Numbered from the stretch's first letter, positions 1 through 12,933 are shown. The stretch: DNA of 27,914 nt from Trichinella spiralis (GCF_000181795.1 NW_003526941.1:10158493-10186406); one strand, 5' to 3'. Notes: generated by a model from the sequence alone, not told the origin. Made by a program: numbers and translations.

Positions 1-135
1 TCTCTGTCAGCAGTAAAATTGAAAGCCAAAAATTTTTTTTCCAAGGAGAGAAATTCGTTATATGTAATTTTGTTTTTTGGAAATGTTGTCTACAATTTCA
101 TTAGTTCAGCTTTCTTTGGTTATTCCTTATTCCAG

Positions 136-620
136 ATGGTCCTTTATTCTGTCATTACAGTCCGTGTTATAAAGTTATTCTTACAGAAAGCTGTTGTGGC
201 CAAAATGTGAAGAATAAAAGCAATTCAAATTGTTCCATTAATTGTATTGGCATTGATTTTTCATTTCATTACTTCGACTGGCTTGTTTAGCCGTTGAAGC
301 CGTAGCTGCATTTTGGTTTTTGTCCATTTCTTTATTCTTCCAGTAGTCATTCGGCAAAATCGATGTGCTCATAATAATATTAGATATTGTTTTTATTCTA
401 TTTTTTTTCAACTCTGCTTGTATGGATTTTCGCACGACTGCTCCGCTTTCTTTTTTAATTTTGGGCAAATTTTGTACTGTCCAATTGCTAGCTGTTGGAC
501 CGTATGATGCAATTTGTCACAGCGGCACTTTTAAATTCATTTTCAACAGCTATTTCCTCTGACCACCAGGTCATTACATGATGAATGTTCTATGATTGAC
601 CTTCGTCTTTTCTGACATCA
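136..620 (+). pseudogene. Possible degenerate paralog of the 4787-5755 protein
   Basis: The frame from 138 reads YKVILTESCCGQNV...HYFDWLV*, compared with YVIKSLENCCGKNV...CLFDWNV in the intact ORF. It is interrupted by stops at 288 and 303. Confidence 0.35.
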
Positions 621-930
621 AGTTTTCCCTCCATCGTTGCAGTGAAATTTTGTGATGTGACATTTTATTTTTATTATTATTATTATTACAAATTGTCGAG
701 GTTGTTCATGATAAAAAAAGAAAACATCCTGCAGAGCGGAAATTATTTTGACCTTTGGCTTTTTATGAATTAATAAAGCGTAGGTTGCATGCAACTTGTA
801 TTAATTTGTTGTACCTGCAGTCAACCATTGTGTAAAGTTGAGAAGCAAAAGAAGCATGCATATATATATATATATGATGATGAATTTCAAGCTAATCTAA
901 AGCTTTTTTTCACTTGTTAAACTTGAACAG

Positions 931-2933
931 CTTATAGATACAATTCAATTGTCATAGATTTGGGCGATCTGCTTGATTGTGAAGTATTTTTTCCACGTAC
1001 GGGAATGCGTTCTCAGCTGTTGGCTCGTGAAGGACGCCACGGTCAAAAGTCGGTCCCTTTTAAACTTTGGATTCAATGGGCAATCGATTCAGGCAAAAGT
1101 ATACGCTTTGTTTTATTTAAAATTTCTAATATATATTCATATATTTTTATTGATAATTTTTGATTTTGATGAAATTTAGCCGTGAGAATTTATGTTCGAG
1201 AAAATCAACTAATTCGGCCAGTGTTGCAGTATTTGCACAGTGTCAGCCGACGATTAAGCCAGCTAATTGTTCATGCGGATCTTTTTCGTGATAACTGTGG
1301 CAAGCAGGTGATTTCATTTAGTTTTGCATACAAATTGGGAATCGGTTTTTTTTCTTTTACTTTTTTTGTAGCTTTCCTTAGATCCCCAATTATTTGTTAA
1401 ATTGGTGGATGAATTGGTGCCGAATGCGTTCATTTCGATCGGTTGGACTAGCCCGATCGATGAAACAAAGCCGTGCGTTGAAAAGTAAATTTGATGAAAA
1501 ATTAATGTTTGTTTATTTTTTTAATATTAATTTTACTTTATTTCAAGATATACTTGGAGCAAAGTATTTCAAATGCTACGACTCACGTATGAACTTCCAC
1601 AAGCGGTTATTTATTCACTTTCACTTCGTAAAGTATGATGGATAATTTTATAATTTTGAACGAACGAATTAATAAATAATAATTAAAATTGTTGTCGTTT
1701 ATGTTTAGCTAATATGTATGTGTAGGCTTTGATTTTGATTGAATGAGGAAATTTTTGTTCAGGCATTGCAATCCATTGAAGAGTTGCATTGGTTATTGAA
1801 TTGTCGATCTGGTTCGTATGCGGTTGTTGGTGAAGAAGATCATCAATGGCTGCTGAACGGTGCCGAATTAAACACGGTGCTGCAATTGGGCAGGTTTGGT
1901 TTGAAATTGAACATGTTGGGCAAAGTGCAGAAGAAAAACTACGGCGCCATGTTGACCCACTCTTCTTGGCCAAAATCTTTAGCTCAAGTGAGTATCTGTC
2001 CGTTGAATCTGAATATTTAGAATTTATTTATTGTTTGTTTATTTATTTTTGCCATTTTATCAAATTTCCAATCATGCATAGAAGCAATCCCGGCGAGCAA
2101 GTGACAACCGTTTTGCTGATCAGTGGAAAATTGAAAATTTTAAACACCCGAACGTCGGTTTGGCTCGTATAGTAAACGTGGGCAATGATGTCGCGTTGCT
2201 TGGCTGGCCGAGTGGTTTTCTGACACCAGTTGAAAAATCTGACTCTGATGTAAAACGAGTTCGATATGCAAATTGGCAATCATTGTCCGGACGGTTGGTG
2301 CTGGCCAGACGTGAGCAGGCTAATTTCAGTTGCGCAGATCCGTCTTTGGCGGTACATTTGGCAATCATTCTCGGCAACAGCACCTACAAGCCCGTATCAC
2401 CGTCCGTGGACGGTGATTACAGACTGCTGATCAACGTCTGCGATGGTCGTGTATCGGTTGAAAATATTCATCTGGTCGGCGGCAATTGGTCGACTCAGTG
2501 CGCCGCTTTCACCTCAGCCTCCGTACTTCACAGTCGAGAATGTTATGACTTTTTTCTCATTGATCGTCAAGCTGAGGTTGAATTCACGGTCGACGCGGTT
2601 CCATGCTCCAAACCGGCGCCAGGTGACTCGACAACTCCTACCTGGTGGCCGTGGATCAGTCGTCAAGCTGTGCGACTTCGTCTGCCCAAACCGAACATCC
2701 AGTCCTCAGACGAACATCCCCAACGACAAACTACTACTGCCAGTCTGCTGCATCATCGTCGTCGTCATCGTCGTACGCTTTATATTCAAAAACATGGTGA
2801 CGACTCGATCGATCTACTCATACAACATCTTCAGTATATTTCTGCAGCCTCGTCTGAGCATCGTTCTGCCGTGTTAATTTTGCTGCTGCTGTGCTTCTTT
2901 TTCGCTTACAAAGGCGTCGTTGTTATTCTATAA
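931..2933 (+). CDS. mnr-1: Menorin/FAM151-family (DUF2181-like) cell-surface protein. Exons 931(or 958)-1098, 1180-1307, 1372-1484, 1548-1632, 1763-1987, 2082-2933; possible first exon 789-831
   Basis: All introns are GT-AG and phase-compatible. The joined translation has FAM151-like motifs: FKLWIQWAIDSGKTVRIYV, LIVHADLF, VPNAFISIGWTS, YTWSKVFQM..ELPQAV and ELHWLL. The C-terminus is hydrophobic (AVLILLLLCFFFAYKGVVVIL; TM or GPI signal). The family call is from motif recognition, and the 5' end is uncertain. Confidence 0.78.
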
Positions 2934-4786
2934 TATGCAGCATGCATGCATACCTGTTTTCTTCACAGATTTTTATTCAAATTGCTCTTACAATTTTCAT
3001 CTTTTGTTTTGATCACTTTTGATCCATCTGGCAAACTCAACAGCAACCATCACTCCATATTCCATTGAAATAAAATTAAATTAAATCAATGATCAAAACA
3101 AAAAAAGAGAAACTCGATCAATCGATCAATCAATCAATCAACGCTTTGCAGTGTAATTTGATTTTTGAAGCAGATTGCTTTTAGAAAAATTTACCATATT
3201 TTTCACAAATGTAAAACAAACAATACTTGGTCCTTTGTAGAGATTTCACAAAATTTATTCGTGCATGAATGCACAAACAATAAATCCATACGTAATTGAA
3301 ATTTGCATTAATTTTTCAAATTAATAAATTACATGGAATGATGAGCTAAAAGCACTTGATTGATCGGTGATATATTATATTTTTTCTTTTTCAAAAAAAG
3401 TATTTGCAATCGGAAAGCGCTTGACATTCCTTTGCTACCGTAACTAAATCCAAGATTAAACCTTAATTTTTTTTACACTGTACCTAAAAAATACAACAAC
3501 ACTAATCAGTCGATGGTTCGTACGAAGTTACTTTTTGGCCGAACTTTTTGTTGAAAAATTGTGCCTGCCAATCGGTAAGGTTACTTTTTCTTTTTTTTCA
3601 ATTGTTCGTGTAAAACTCTTGTTTTGATTGTGAGAACAACGATTGATAGTATCCCATTTGCTGATAATGCTGACAAAATGTAATCGGTATTAAAGTGACA
3701 CATTTACAAAAGGGTTGACGCTTCTGTTTAATGACAACCAATTTGACAGATTCTTGCATACGAAAAGCGGAATTCAGTAAACTTCTGATATGCATGTAGA
3801 TGAAGAAATTGATCGTAAAATCAACTTTTGTTCATGCTTTTGCACTTGTACAATTTGACGCGTTTTATTTTAAACATACTTTGACGAATCTTTTTTTCAA
3901 AATGATGATTATATCATTTTGAACTGTTTTCAACTTTCAAATTGAAATTACTACTTTAAAGAGTTTTTTACAATTTCAATAAGAAGCAATGTTGTATATT
4001 TTGATAAATTTTTATTTATATATTTAATTATACATGTCATATGTTTATATATATGTCAGTTAAAAACGTTAATAAATAAGCAAACAGATGAGTACTTTTA
4101 CAAATATATTATATGTGTGAAGTTAATATTGATTTGGTGAAAGTGAATTGGGAAACAACAGCGAAACGTTAAATTATAATAATAATAATAATAATGATGA
4201 GAAAAATAGAAATAATTATAATAAATGAAAAGTTATGGTGACTAAAATGGAAAAATTGTATATTTTTTAAAAGTTAGGCGATAGATAAACTGGGTAAATG
4301 CGATAAGATTCGTCATAATACGAGCTTGTTGTGCTTGGCGCTTCTTCACACTAAAATGAAAATTCATTGTGAATAATAAATAAAGTACAATGATGACATT
4401 ATTATTATTATTATGATAATGTAGATGAGTAATTGAGCAAGCAGTAGAGTGCTCAAAAAGAAATTATATTCTATGAAATGAAAAAATATATTTATGAAAC
4501 GAAAATAGAAGTTATAAAGTTTAGTACTAGATATTTTATAATATTAAAATCATATTTTGAAAATTGTATAAGCAGCTACAGGATTACTTACTTGATAGAA
4601 GAATTTTTTGTAAATCATTACGAAAACGGCTATAAAGATGATAAACCAAGCAAAGGTATCTAAAAAAATATGAAATTAATAAGTAGGCTATTTTTGTTTA
4701 CAGCTGTTTTTATAAGAAAACATAAATTTTAACAAATGAAAAGCTAGAATTGAGCTCGCTCGTTTGATAAATTGACAAAAATAGCG

Positions 4787-5755
4787 TCACAACATACTGT
4801 AAAAATTTATCAGCAGTAAGGTGAAATCCATCTCTTCAACAACACTCGCTTCCATCATTTTCAGTAGATTGTTGATTTCACGTTCACTTAAATACATAGC
4901 ATTTGAACAGTTGCATGGGTACATTTCATTTTCAGGGCAAGATTTTCCATATGGCATTTCCGGTGCAGTTTCGTAAAAGTATCTCAATTCTTCGATGCAT
5001 TTAGTTGTGTCACTGTTGTTAGATATTTGTTGGAAACGGCAAGGAACGGTTCTGGAATAAAATTTACAATTTTGATACGGTTCGTGAATGCAGAAATATC
5101 CGTCCCATTGGCTGTCATCTGCACAGTCGATCAATTTCGATTTCAATTCTTGAACATTCTTTTTCCCTTTGCGAACGGTCGTTATTTGGCAAAAGAATTT
5201 TTCCTCCGTATGACTCAGTGCCCATTGAATACTTTCATGTTCAATATTGTATAGTGCATTGCAATTTTGTATCGGCACGTTCCAATCGAATAAACAAAAT
5301 TCGGTTTCTGTAATTCGTCCCAACACATTCTCTGACGTGTGGTTTATCATGAGCAATGTGACATTTTTTCCACAGCAATTTTCCAACGATTTTATTACAT
5401 ATTGATCCGAAGTGAGCAGTCGAACTATTCTTCCATAATTCAGTGTTTTCTTTCTTTGATTTGCATAAATCATTATGCTTTCGTAATTCGACATGCGTCC
5501 ATTTTTGTAATTCGCCTTGCAATAATTTCCACTAGCGAAAATGTCGTCCAATATTGCTGTTGTTTTTGTTTTGTTCGCATTGTCTGCATTTTTGTCCACC
5601 CAAGTCAAGCATAGACGGGAGTGTTTGCTACCATTCAATGGAATTTCGAATCCGAAAGTTTCATTGTTTCTGTTTTCATACGGACAGTTGAATGATGCGT
5701 ACAGAATTCGGACAACAGTAGCGAAATACAGCAGGAAAGAAATTTCAGATTTCAT
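4787..5755 (-). CDS. Secreted cysteine-rich glycoprotein, 322 aa, single ORF; possibly a divergent C-type-lectin-like region plus a TSP1/spondin-like region
   Basis: 969-nt ORF in AT-rich DNA. It has a signal-peptide-like start (MKSEISFLLYFATVVRILYA), many Cys and several N-x-S/T sequons. The C-terminal segment is ELRYFYETAPEMPYGKSCPENEMYPCNC. Confidence 0.75.
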   Translation of the reverse strand: MKSEISFLLYFATVVRILYASFNCPYENRNNETFGFEIPLNGSKHSRLCLTWVDKNADNANKTKTTAILDDIFASGNYCKANYKNGRMSNYESIMIYANQRKKTLNYGRIVRLLTSDQYVIKSLENCCGKNVTLLMINHTSENVLGRITETEFCLFDWNVPIQNCNALYNIEHESIQWALSHTEEKFFCQITTVRKGKKNVQELKSKLIDCADDSQWDGYFCIHEPYQNCKFYSRTVPCRFQQISNNSDTTKCIEELRYFYETAPEMPYGKSCPENEMYPCNCSNAMYLSEREINNLLKMMEASVVEEMDFTLLLINFYSML

Positions 5756-7837
5756 GGTTCTTGCTTAACACTAAATATGAGAAGAAAAAAAATATATATG
5801 AGCAGAATGGGAAGAAGCTGTGAAATATAAATTAAGAAATAAGAAGAAAAAAATTCTTTTTTACCGTTTCGTGGTAAATTTCTGTAGGCGGGTATTCTCG
5901 AGCTGCGAGAGAACAAAATGAATTGGTGTACTGTTTTGAAAGTTCGGCAAACACTTTAAAGTAAAAAAATTTTAAATTTAAACAAACATAACTTTAAAAT
6001 AATTTAATTCACTTTTCCATAAGCTGAGGTGAACTGTTTGATTGGCTGCCTGTCATTGGTCAAATTTACCGTTAATTAATTGGTTGATCAAAGTGCGGAT
6101 TGATTTGATTTTTTCATTGACTGTTCAATATTGTAGCTTAGTGTGTTCAATTTGTATTTAAAAAAAGTAAAAATAAGTATGTATAATGCATGTTATTAGG
6201 TTCTTTATTTGACGAAATCAAATGCACAATTGGCAACTTTTCCAAACAAAATCTGAAGTAAAGCAAAAATAAATTTCACAACTTGAAGCATACTATTATA
6301 TATATATATATATATACAGTGCAACTTTCCGACATGCATTGTATATGTTTAATATCCCAGATGATTATTGTTTGTGTTGTGAATGTAAACTGATTCATTT
6401 GTGCAGAGACTTTACTTGTAATGATATGACACAATATGATGCTAAATGTATATATAACGCACACACAGAGAAGCAACGCACTCAAGGAGAACGCAAAAAC
6501 CTTATACGCACATACATTGCATGAGATAAACTACTGGTCCTACTGTAATGTTCCTGCGTGCTGTTTTTTGTATATATTTTTGATCGTGCTGTTTTTTGTA
6601 TATATTTTGATTTGGAATCGTAATACGTAACAGCTTGCTATTTACTTTTTTCAAAAATATTTCTTTTGTTTATGAATGATTTTGTTTTTTGATGAAAAAA
6701 TTGCGCTTTTACTCTTGTTAAGCCAGTTTGTAGACTGTAATCAAAAGAGAACTAGTGTTTCCAAATGATAACAAGAGAATGTTTTTCATTAAATAACATT
6801 TTCAAATAATTAAAAATATTTATTAGGATAGTTTGATAAAAATATTTTTATTTTAAATTTATTATCATTTTGTGTTTTCAAATTTTTGTCCGAAATTGAA
6901 CCTGCCGTTGATTGGCGTGCGTTTCTTAAATGTATGCTTTGGTCTTCGAGATAAATTTCGCTATCTTTATGGCCACTTGTGTAGCCACTTAGGTAGAATT
7001 TAAGTAACATGTGAACTGAAACAATTGCAATCCGCAGACGCCACAAATCTTTCTCGTAATGTATACACTACATGCGTTTGGTCGTTTGATTACATGATTC
7101 TGGCTGAATAGCTGGCGTGGTGCCAAGATTTTATATATTTTATATGTAAAAGTGAACTGAAACTTAGTACGTGATTTTAAAGTCTTTGATTACGTCTGAT
7201 TTGCTCTTTGTTGCTTTGTGTACTGATTGCTGTACCAGTCTGATCATTTACATTGTAAGAAAATTTTGTTAGCTTGTGTTGTGGTTTGATGTTCAAATGG
7301 GCTAAGATTGTGGTGAAAGCTGGTTGGCATTGCGCGGATATCTACATTTGTAAATCAATTTGACGGAGCAATTTGGATTAAGATTCAAATAGCCGCGTTC
7401 TAATCTGTGGAACTTAGGGAATTTGATTTGAAATTGATTATTAAATAGAAAAAAAACAATGCTATTTCGATAAAATTAATGGTTTTTGTATTCTTATATG
7501 TAACAATTTTTATGTTGATCATCAAAATAAAGTAATGAGACAATCATGAGAACGTTCGTAATTAAACTTCAATTTCTTTCATACTGTAGTGTAGGGTGAC
7601 AAGAAATCAGTACAGTTGTATGTATCATATGGTAACAGTGTGCTGTTCTTTTTAACTGGATAGTTTGCTCAAAACTTTAGGTAATTTAATGCCGATAATT
7701 CACCTAATCCCATTTTAAATTCCATTTTCACAATGAGCATTTGGTAATTGTATTCCACATTCAAAAAATGTCAGTAATATTAAAATGCACTGTGTGGTAA
7801 ATTGCGTTAGAGTTCTGTTGTTATTTTGAGAACGTTG

Positions 7838-7838
7838 T

Positions 7839-7870
<32 letters not shown>
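7838..7870. repeat. (AAT)n microsatellite
   Basis: Seen directly. Confidence 0.9.
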
Positions 7871-7872
<2 letters not shown>

Positions 7873-8841
7873 TGATTTCACGTATCACAAAAAGGAAAAC
7901 TTTAAATGTATATTATATTGAATAGCAAAGTTTTTTTTTCGTCTTGATATTCAGTTTTCGTATGATTTTTTTTATCAAGTATGATAATGTTCAGTTTTTA
8001 GTGTTGTTTATTTTTCTTTTGAATGCATTATTTAGCGTTTTCATACTTTCATCTGCTCGGTTTTATCTTTTTATATTCGGGATGGTGGTAATCGCAGCGA
8101 TTTTTAAAAGTTACTTCTTATTAATAACTAGGTTATGTAGATCAGTATCGCACTTCGAAATAGACTTTCGTTCAATTAGACTGCTGGTTGCTGAAAATTG
8201 TAGTAGTCAAGTCAAAGTGTATCTCGAGCATGATATTCAAAGAAATCTTACGTGGTGATATGATTTAAATCACTACAGTATGAAATTTTGAGCTGTCTGA
8301 TATTGTTCATGGCTACATGTTGTAGGTTTGGTTTTACCTTTGAATGTAAAATATATATGTATGTATATCAATAATTTTTATAAATGTTTTTTGGTTTTAA
8401 AATCCACTGGCATACTGTTTTGAAAAAATACTTTCCTCGGCAAGGAAAATGGTGTAAAAATTTCTGCTGAACATGGTGTTTACCGGCCCACTAAGAAGGG
8501 ATAAATTCTGACCAAAAAGTAACCCCCCCCCCCTTGAACTTGGATTATATTCAATAATCCTATTTTGAAATGTATCCCTGGAATAAGAAGTGTTTGATTT
8601 TTTATTTTCCAATCAACCCCGAAAACCGTCGTGAAAAAATTCCAAAAAAGGCCATTGGGTTTAAAAAATGTATTTTGTTTTGTTTTTAATCCCCTATCCG
8701 GGGTTGGGAAAATTTACGGGCCACACAATCCCCCGGATACCGGTAGTTTTTATTCTATCCTTCCACAAATACCTCCCACAAAAAAGAGGTACAATCCCCC
8801 TACACTTTTGTGTTGGGTCCCTTGCAACAAAACCTAGCGCC

Positions 8842-8851
8842 NNNNNNNNNN
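8842..8851. other. Assembly gap (10 N)
   Basis: N run. Confidence 1.
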
Positions 8852-9349
8852 CAGAAAAACAACAAGAAAGAAGGACAAAGGGCAGAAAAGCTGTCGTACA
8901 AGTAACGGTCAACAGGCCATTTGTTGTCCAATTTAACAAGCAGTACTGGGATTGAACTGCCAATCCGATCAACCGTTTGACGGTTGTCACCGACGATTGC
9001 CATGATCATTGACGCATTGCGTGCACGGTAATGACTGTCGTAACAAGACTTGAGATGTGCTACTATTTAGCATGCGCAGTAGTGATATGATAATTCAAGC
9101 GTAAATTATTACCCTTATTATCCAATTTTTTTTACATTTTGCAAATAAAAAAGTTATTCATATTAAAAATAAAAATTAATCAAATAACTAAGTAATAAAT
9201 AAATAAATGAGATGGAGTGAAGAAGAATATAATTAAAAGCTTCTTTGTTTTAACCATAAAAGAATAAAATGAAGTGGAAAATAATGAAGAATTATTGTCA
9301 ATATTGATGTGATTATTATACGTCAATATGCTGCTGTTATGCTTCTTAC

Positions 9350-9361
9350 CCTCTGAGCCAT
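9350..9361 (-). CDS. unc-62: Meis/Hth/UNC-62 coding exon 1 (MAQR)
   Basis: The minus strand reads ATG GCT CAG AGG|gtaaga. It joins in phase 0 to exon 2 to give MAQR-FDESAVSHY, matching the Meis N-terminus MAQR|YDD..HY. Confidence 0.85.
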
Positions 9362-9384
9362 GCTTTGTTATTGCTGATGCAGTC

Positions 9385-9409
9385 GTAGTAGTAATAGTAG
9401 TACTACTAA

Positions 9410-9448
<39 letters not shown>

Positions 9449-9458
9449 CGGTGGTGGT
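9385..9458. repeat. (TAG)n/(TGG)n trinucleotide repeat in the putative unc-62 5' UTR
   Basis: Seen directly; starts about 24 nt upstream of the MAQR ATG. Confidence 0.9.
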
Positions 9459-9529
9459 AAATAATAGTGATAGTAATGGAGTCGTGTGTATTTAGAAATA
9501 ATAATAATAATAATAGGTGGCAGAGTTAA

Positions 9530-10040
9530 TGTTTTCTGAAATTTTTAACGCCCACCAGTCGCGCTGTTGTTGTTTAGAGTTGAGTTGAATTGCTTGGATG
9601 CTGGCCGGCTTGGTCAGACGAAGCTGGATGAAGCCAATTCGGACGTGATGCGTCTCGTCAGTTTCGGACAACCGAAAAGAGATAGGAATCCCGACGTCAA
9701 TTCACCACAATGCGCACGTCGCTCAGTTGTCATCCGATGACACCGATAGTTCTGTAAAACTGAATTTCGCCGATTGACGTCAACCAAGCAGCTCGTTAAT
9801 CATTGGCTCCAGCCTTTAATCACTAATTCATTTCACTACCAATCATCACATGTCACTTCATCAAAGACGACCAATCCACGCACGGCCAGGCGGAGTTGAA
9901 CAACGCGCGCCACAATCTAACTGACCAATCACGTAAGAGCGAAGAAAACACCAATCCCAGTTGCCGCGTTGGACGCCACGTTGGACACGAAACCCACCCA
10001 CCCGACAACACCGGTCACTCTCGCAACGACAACTGCTGTT
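9530..10040 (-). promoter_or_regulatory. Probable promoter of the Meis/unc-62 gene
   Basis: GC-enriched island just upstream of the MAQR exon. It has six CCAAT/ATTGG boxes (9634, 9802, 9839, 9871, 9925, 9951) and a TGACGTCA palindrome (9775-9782). A minus-strand TTTCAG lies at 9536-9541. Confidence 0.6.
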
Positions 10041-12783
10041 CCACTTTATATTAATATTAATCATAATATTATCGCCATTATTGTTACTATCATTTTCACA
10101 TTGCAGTACTATTGGTTTTTTAATCATTATTAATATGTAATCAATTTTAATTTATTATACTTTTTCTTAGAAATTTAATTTCAATAAAATTAATATTTTT
10201 ACATTGAAATTAATAATTATATGATTTGTTCACCGTCTTCTTTCTTCGCATGCTATGAAAAATGATACATACATCACAGACAGCTCTCCCTTGGCCACTG
10301 TTACGACTACTGCTTCTGCTATTAAAAGATTGTTTGTAGTGATAAAATTTTTTAAACATTCATCCACTATTTAAATTTTTTTATCAACAGAAACGTTTTA
10401 ATTTTCAATTAATGAGTGAGTTATTATGAGAAAAAAATGAGGATAGCAATTCAGTTGAAAAAGATTTTCAAATTGCTGCTTTTCACTCACCACATCATGT
10501 AGCAAAGAAATTATTTATGAAAATCAATTTCTGTCAAAAAGAAAGAACTGGATTGTTGAGGAAAATTAATTTCAGATACAACTCTCATGAGCGTTCCTCA
10601 TACATGCTTGGAAATCTCAGTTGAATGTTAAAAAAAACTTTTCTTTCCAATTTAAAATACACAAATATATCTTAATTCGAAATTCAAACTCTTCTTCGAA
10701 TATGGAAAAATTGTGAAAGCTGAAAAAATGTTTTCCAATAGATTCAATGACAAGAATGATAAAAAAATATCAAGCATAGAATAGCATTTATCTTATTTTA
10801 GTGTAGTTAGTTGTTCTGAAAAAGGCAGGCAAATTCTATCCAATAATTGTAAACTTCAGCTTTTTGTATGTTCAATAATCATTTAACTTCATCAGTTTCA
10901 TTCATTTATTCATTCTCTTTCTCATCTCTGACATCTATTCTATTGTCCAGTCAGTCATTGATGTTCAAATTGTATCGATCTTTCAATAACAATCAAATAA
11001 AGTGTCTTATCATAAATTCAGTAAAAGCAGAAGAAATTTACATAGAGAAAAAGAAGTGAAAATGGAAATAACCATGATCCCTGAAATAGATGTAGTGCTA
11101 TGAACGATGCCGTTGTTGTTGTTGTTGTTGTATTGTTGTTTCATTATGAAGAATTTTACGCTTTTATAAAGTGTCAGTGGTCTCTGAAGAACGCTCGTCT
11201 AGCAGTAAATCAGCTGTATATATATAGTGTATTGACTTTCGAATTTTGCAAGTTTAATTAATTGGAGATGACAAAGGCCTGACTGACTCTGGCCAACGTA
11301 CCGAATAAAGCTAAATAAGCTATGAAAAGCCCTCGGCAGCTCAGCAATGACATTATGCCGTTAGCTGACGGCATAAATTTTGTCCATGTGCCAAAATCGA
11401 CAAGTGAAATATATTCTGTGGACAGTATATAAATAAATATATATATATTTGTGTGTGTGTGTGTGTGTGCGTGTGCTTATATATATATTTTTTTTCTCTG
11501 TCTCTCTCTCTCTCGCTCTCATATTCTTAGTATAATAAAATAGAGAGCAAAAAATGAAAAATAAAAAACCACTTTTGAAGAAGTGCATTCATTAAAGAGA
11601 AAAACAAATTACCATATATTTATTTGTTCATTGGACATCACTGTTCATACAGTATTCCAGTGTTTGTAGAGAAAGATAGTTACTGAACTTGAAACAATAA
11701 AAACAATAAAATGTGAACTGCAAGAGAATTCACGAAATGCATTGGTGGTGTTGTTTATTATCAATTTTCAATTTTTTCACAACTGTCTGCATTTCGTCAT
11801 TATCATCACTGAAGTGAAACTGATGATGAAAATAAAAATTTCACCAACTCTGATTGATAATATTTCATCACCATTTAAAATAATAATAATAATAATGAAC
11901 CAACGTGTTAAAATTATTACTGTTGTTGCTGTTGCTTTCTTTATACTAAACAAAACTGTCAGTCTTGTAATAAACCAGATGTTCAAAATAGAAAATGTGT
12001 TCAATATGGGAAAGTTAACGGTCGAAGGCGGCTCTATGTTGGACAGGTTGAATTATGGTTTCTTTCTTCGCTAGCCTTGCCATTGCGGACGGACGGACGA
12101 CTTTATGTCAGCAATGGTCGTTTCACCGACCAGCATGCCAAAAATTGACGCATTTATTGAGTATAAATTGTCACCCGTCTGCAAAGCCGATGAATGATGA
12201 TCGTCAGTCATTTCAAAAATTTTCATTTCTCCTTCCCATGATAACTAGCAATGGCTCATTTTACTTATTTTTGGTTCAACATCTTGTGCTATGCTATTGT
12301 TTATTTTTCATGTTCAATTATTATTAGCTTGGTAATAACAGAGGAAGAAGAAGAAGAACAATTAAATTGTACTCATAATGCCATTACAGAAACTATTACG
12401 GATATTTTGAATAGAACATAAATATTAAAAATGTAAAAATTGAATAACCAATAATAATATTAATGTTAAAAAGAATTGGAATAAATTTTTATTAAAGTTA
12501 TTGTATAATTCTTTGATTAGCCTATCTGGTCACGATGATAGTTAAATTCTAGAATGCTTTTTTCAACGCCAAGCCATCTTCAAACAGTGCATTCCTATCT
12601 TTGCCGTGTCAGGGCCGTTCGCGCGTTGACGGATTGTCAATTTTCCGTCTTTGACATGTTCGCCTGCCGACGACCGTTGTAGAATAGTACCATGGAAAAG
12701 CCGGTTGCAAAAACACAGCCTCTGGCTTTGACCCGTTTCTGAGGGTCGGTTCTAGGTGCCAGCATGCCGATAACACAACTGGT

Positions 12784-12933
12784 CTACTACAACTACTTAC
12801 TACATACAGCTACTGCTACAGTTACCAGCAGCAGCAAGAACAACAACAACAACAACAACAACAGCAGCAGCAGCAGCAGCAATAACAATTACAACGACAA
12901 CTACTACTACTACTATTATTATTATTATTATTA
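12784..12933. repeat. Compound trinucleotide repeat (CTA/CAG/CAA/TTA)
   Basis: Seen directly. Confidence 0.9.

Noticed and set aside
3598..3795. 65-aa minus-strand ORF
   Set aside because: Short, with no motif or splice context to support coding status.
6810..7046. Possible minus-strand exon after a ttgtttcag acceptor near 7016
   Set aside because: Weak donor, no recognisable homology, and no partner exons identified.
8390..8841. Homopolymer-rich stretch with several short ORFs
   Set aside because: It looks like a low-quality read end next to the gap, and no protein is recognisable.
12784..12933. CAG/CAA run as a polyQ coding exon
   Set aside because: It is embedded in other trinucleotide repeats with nearby stops and no evident splice sites.
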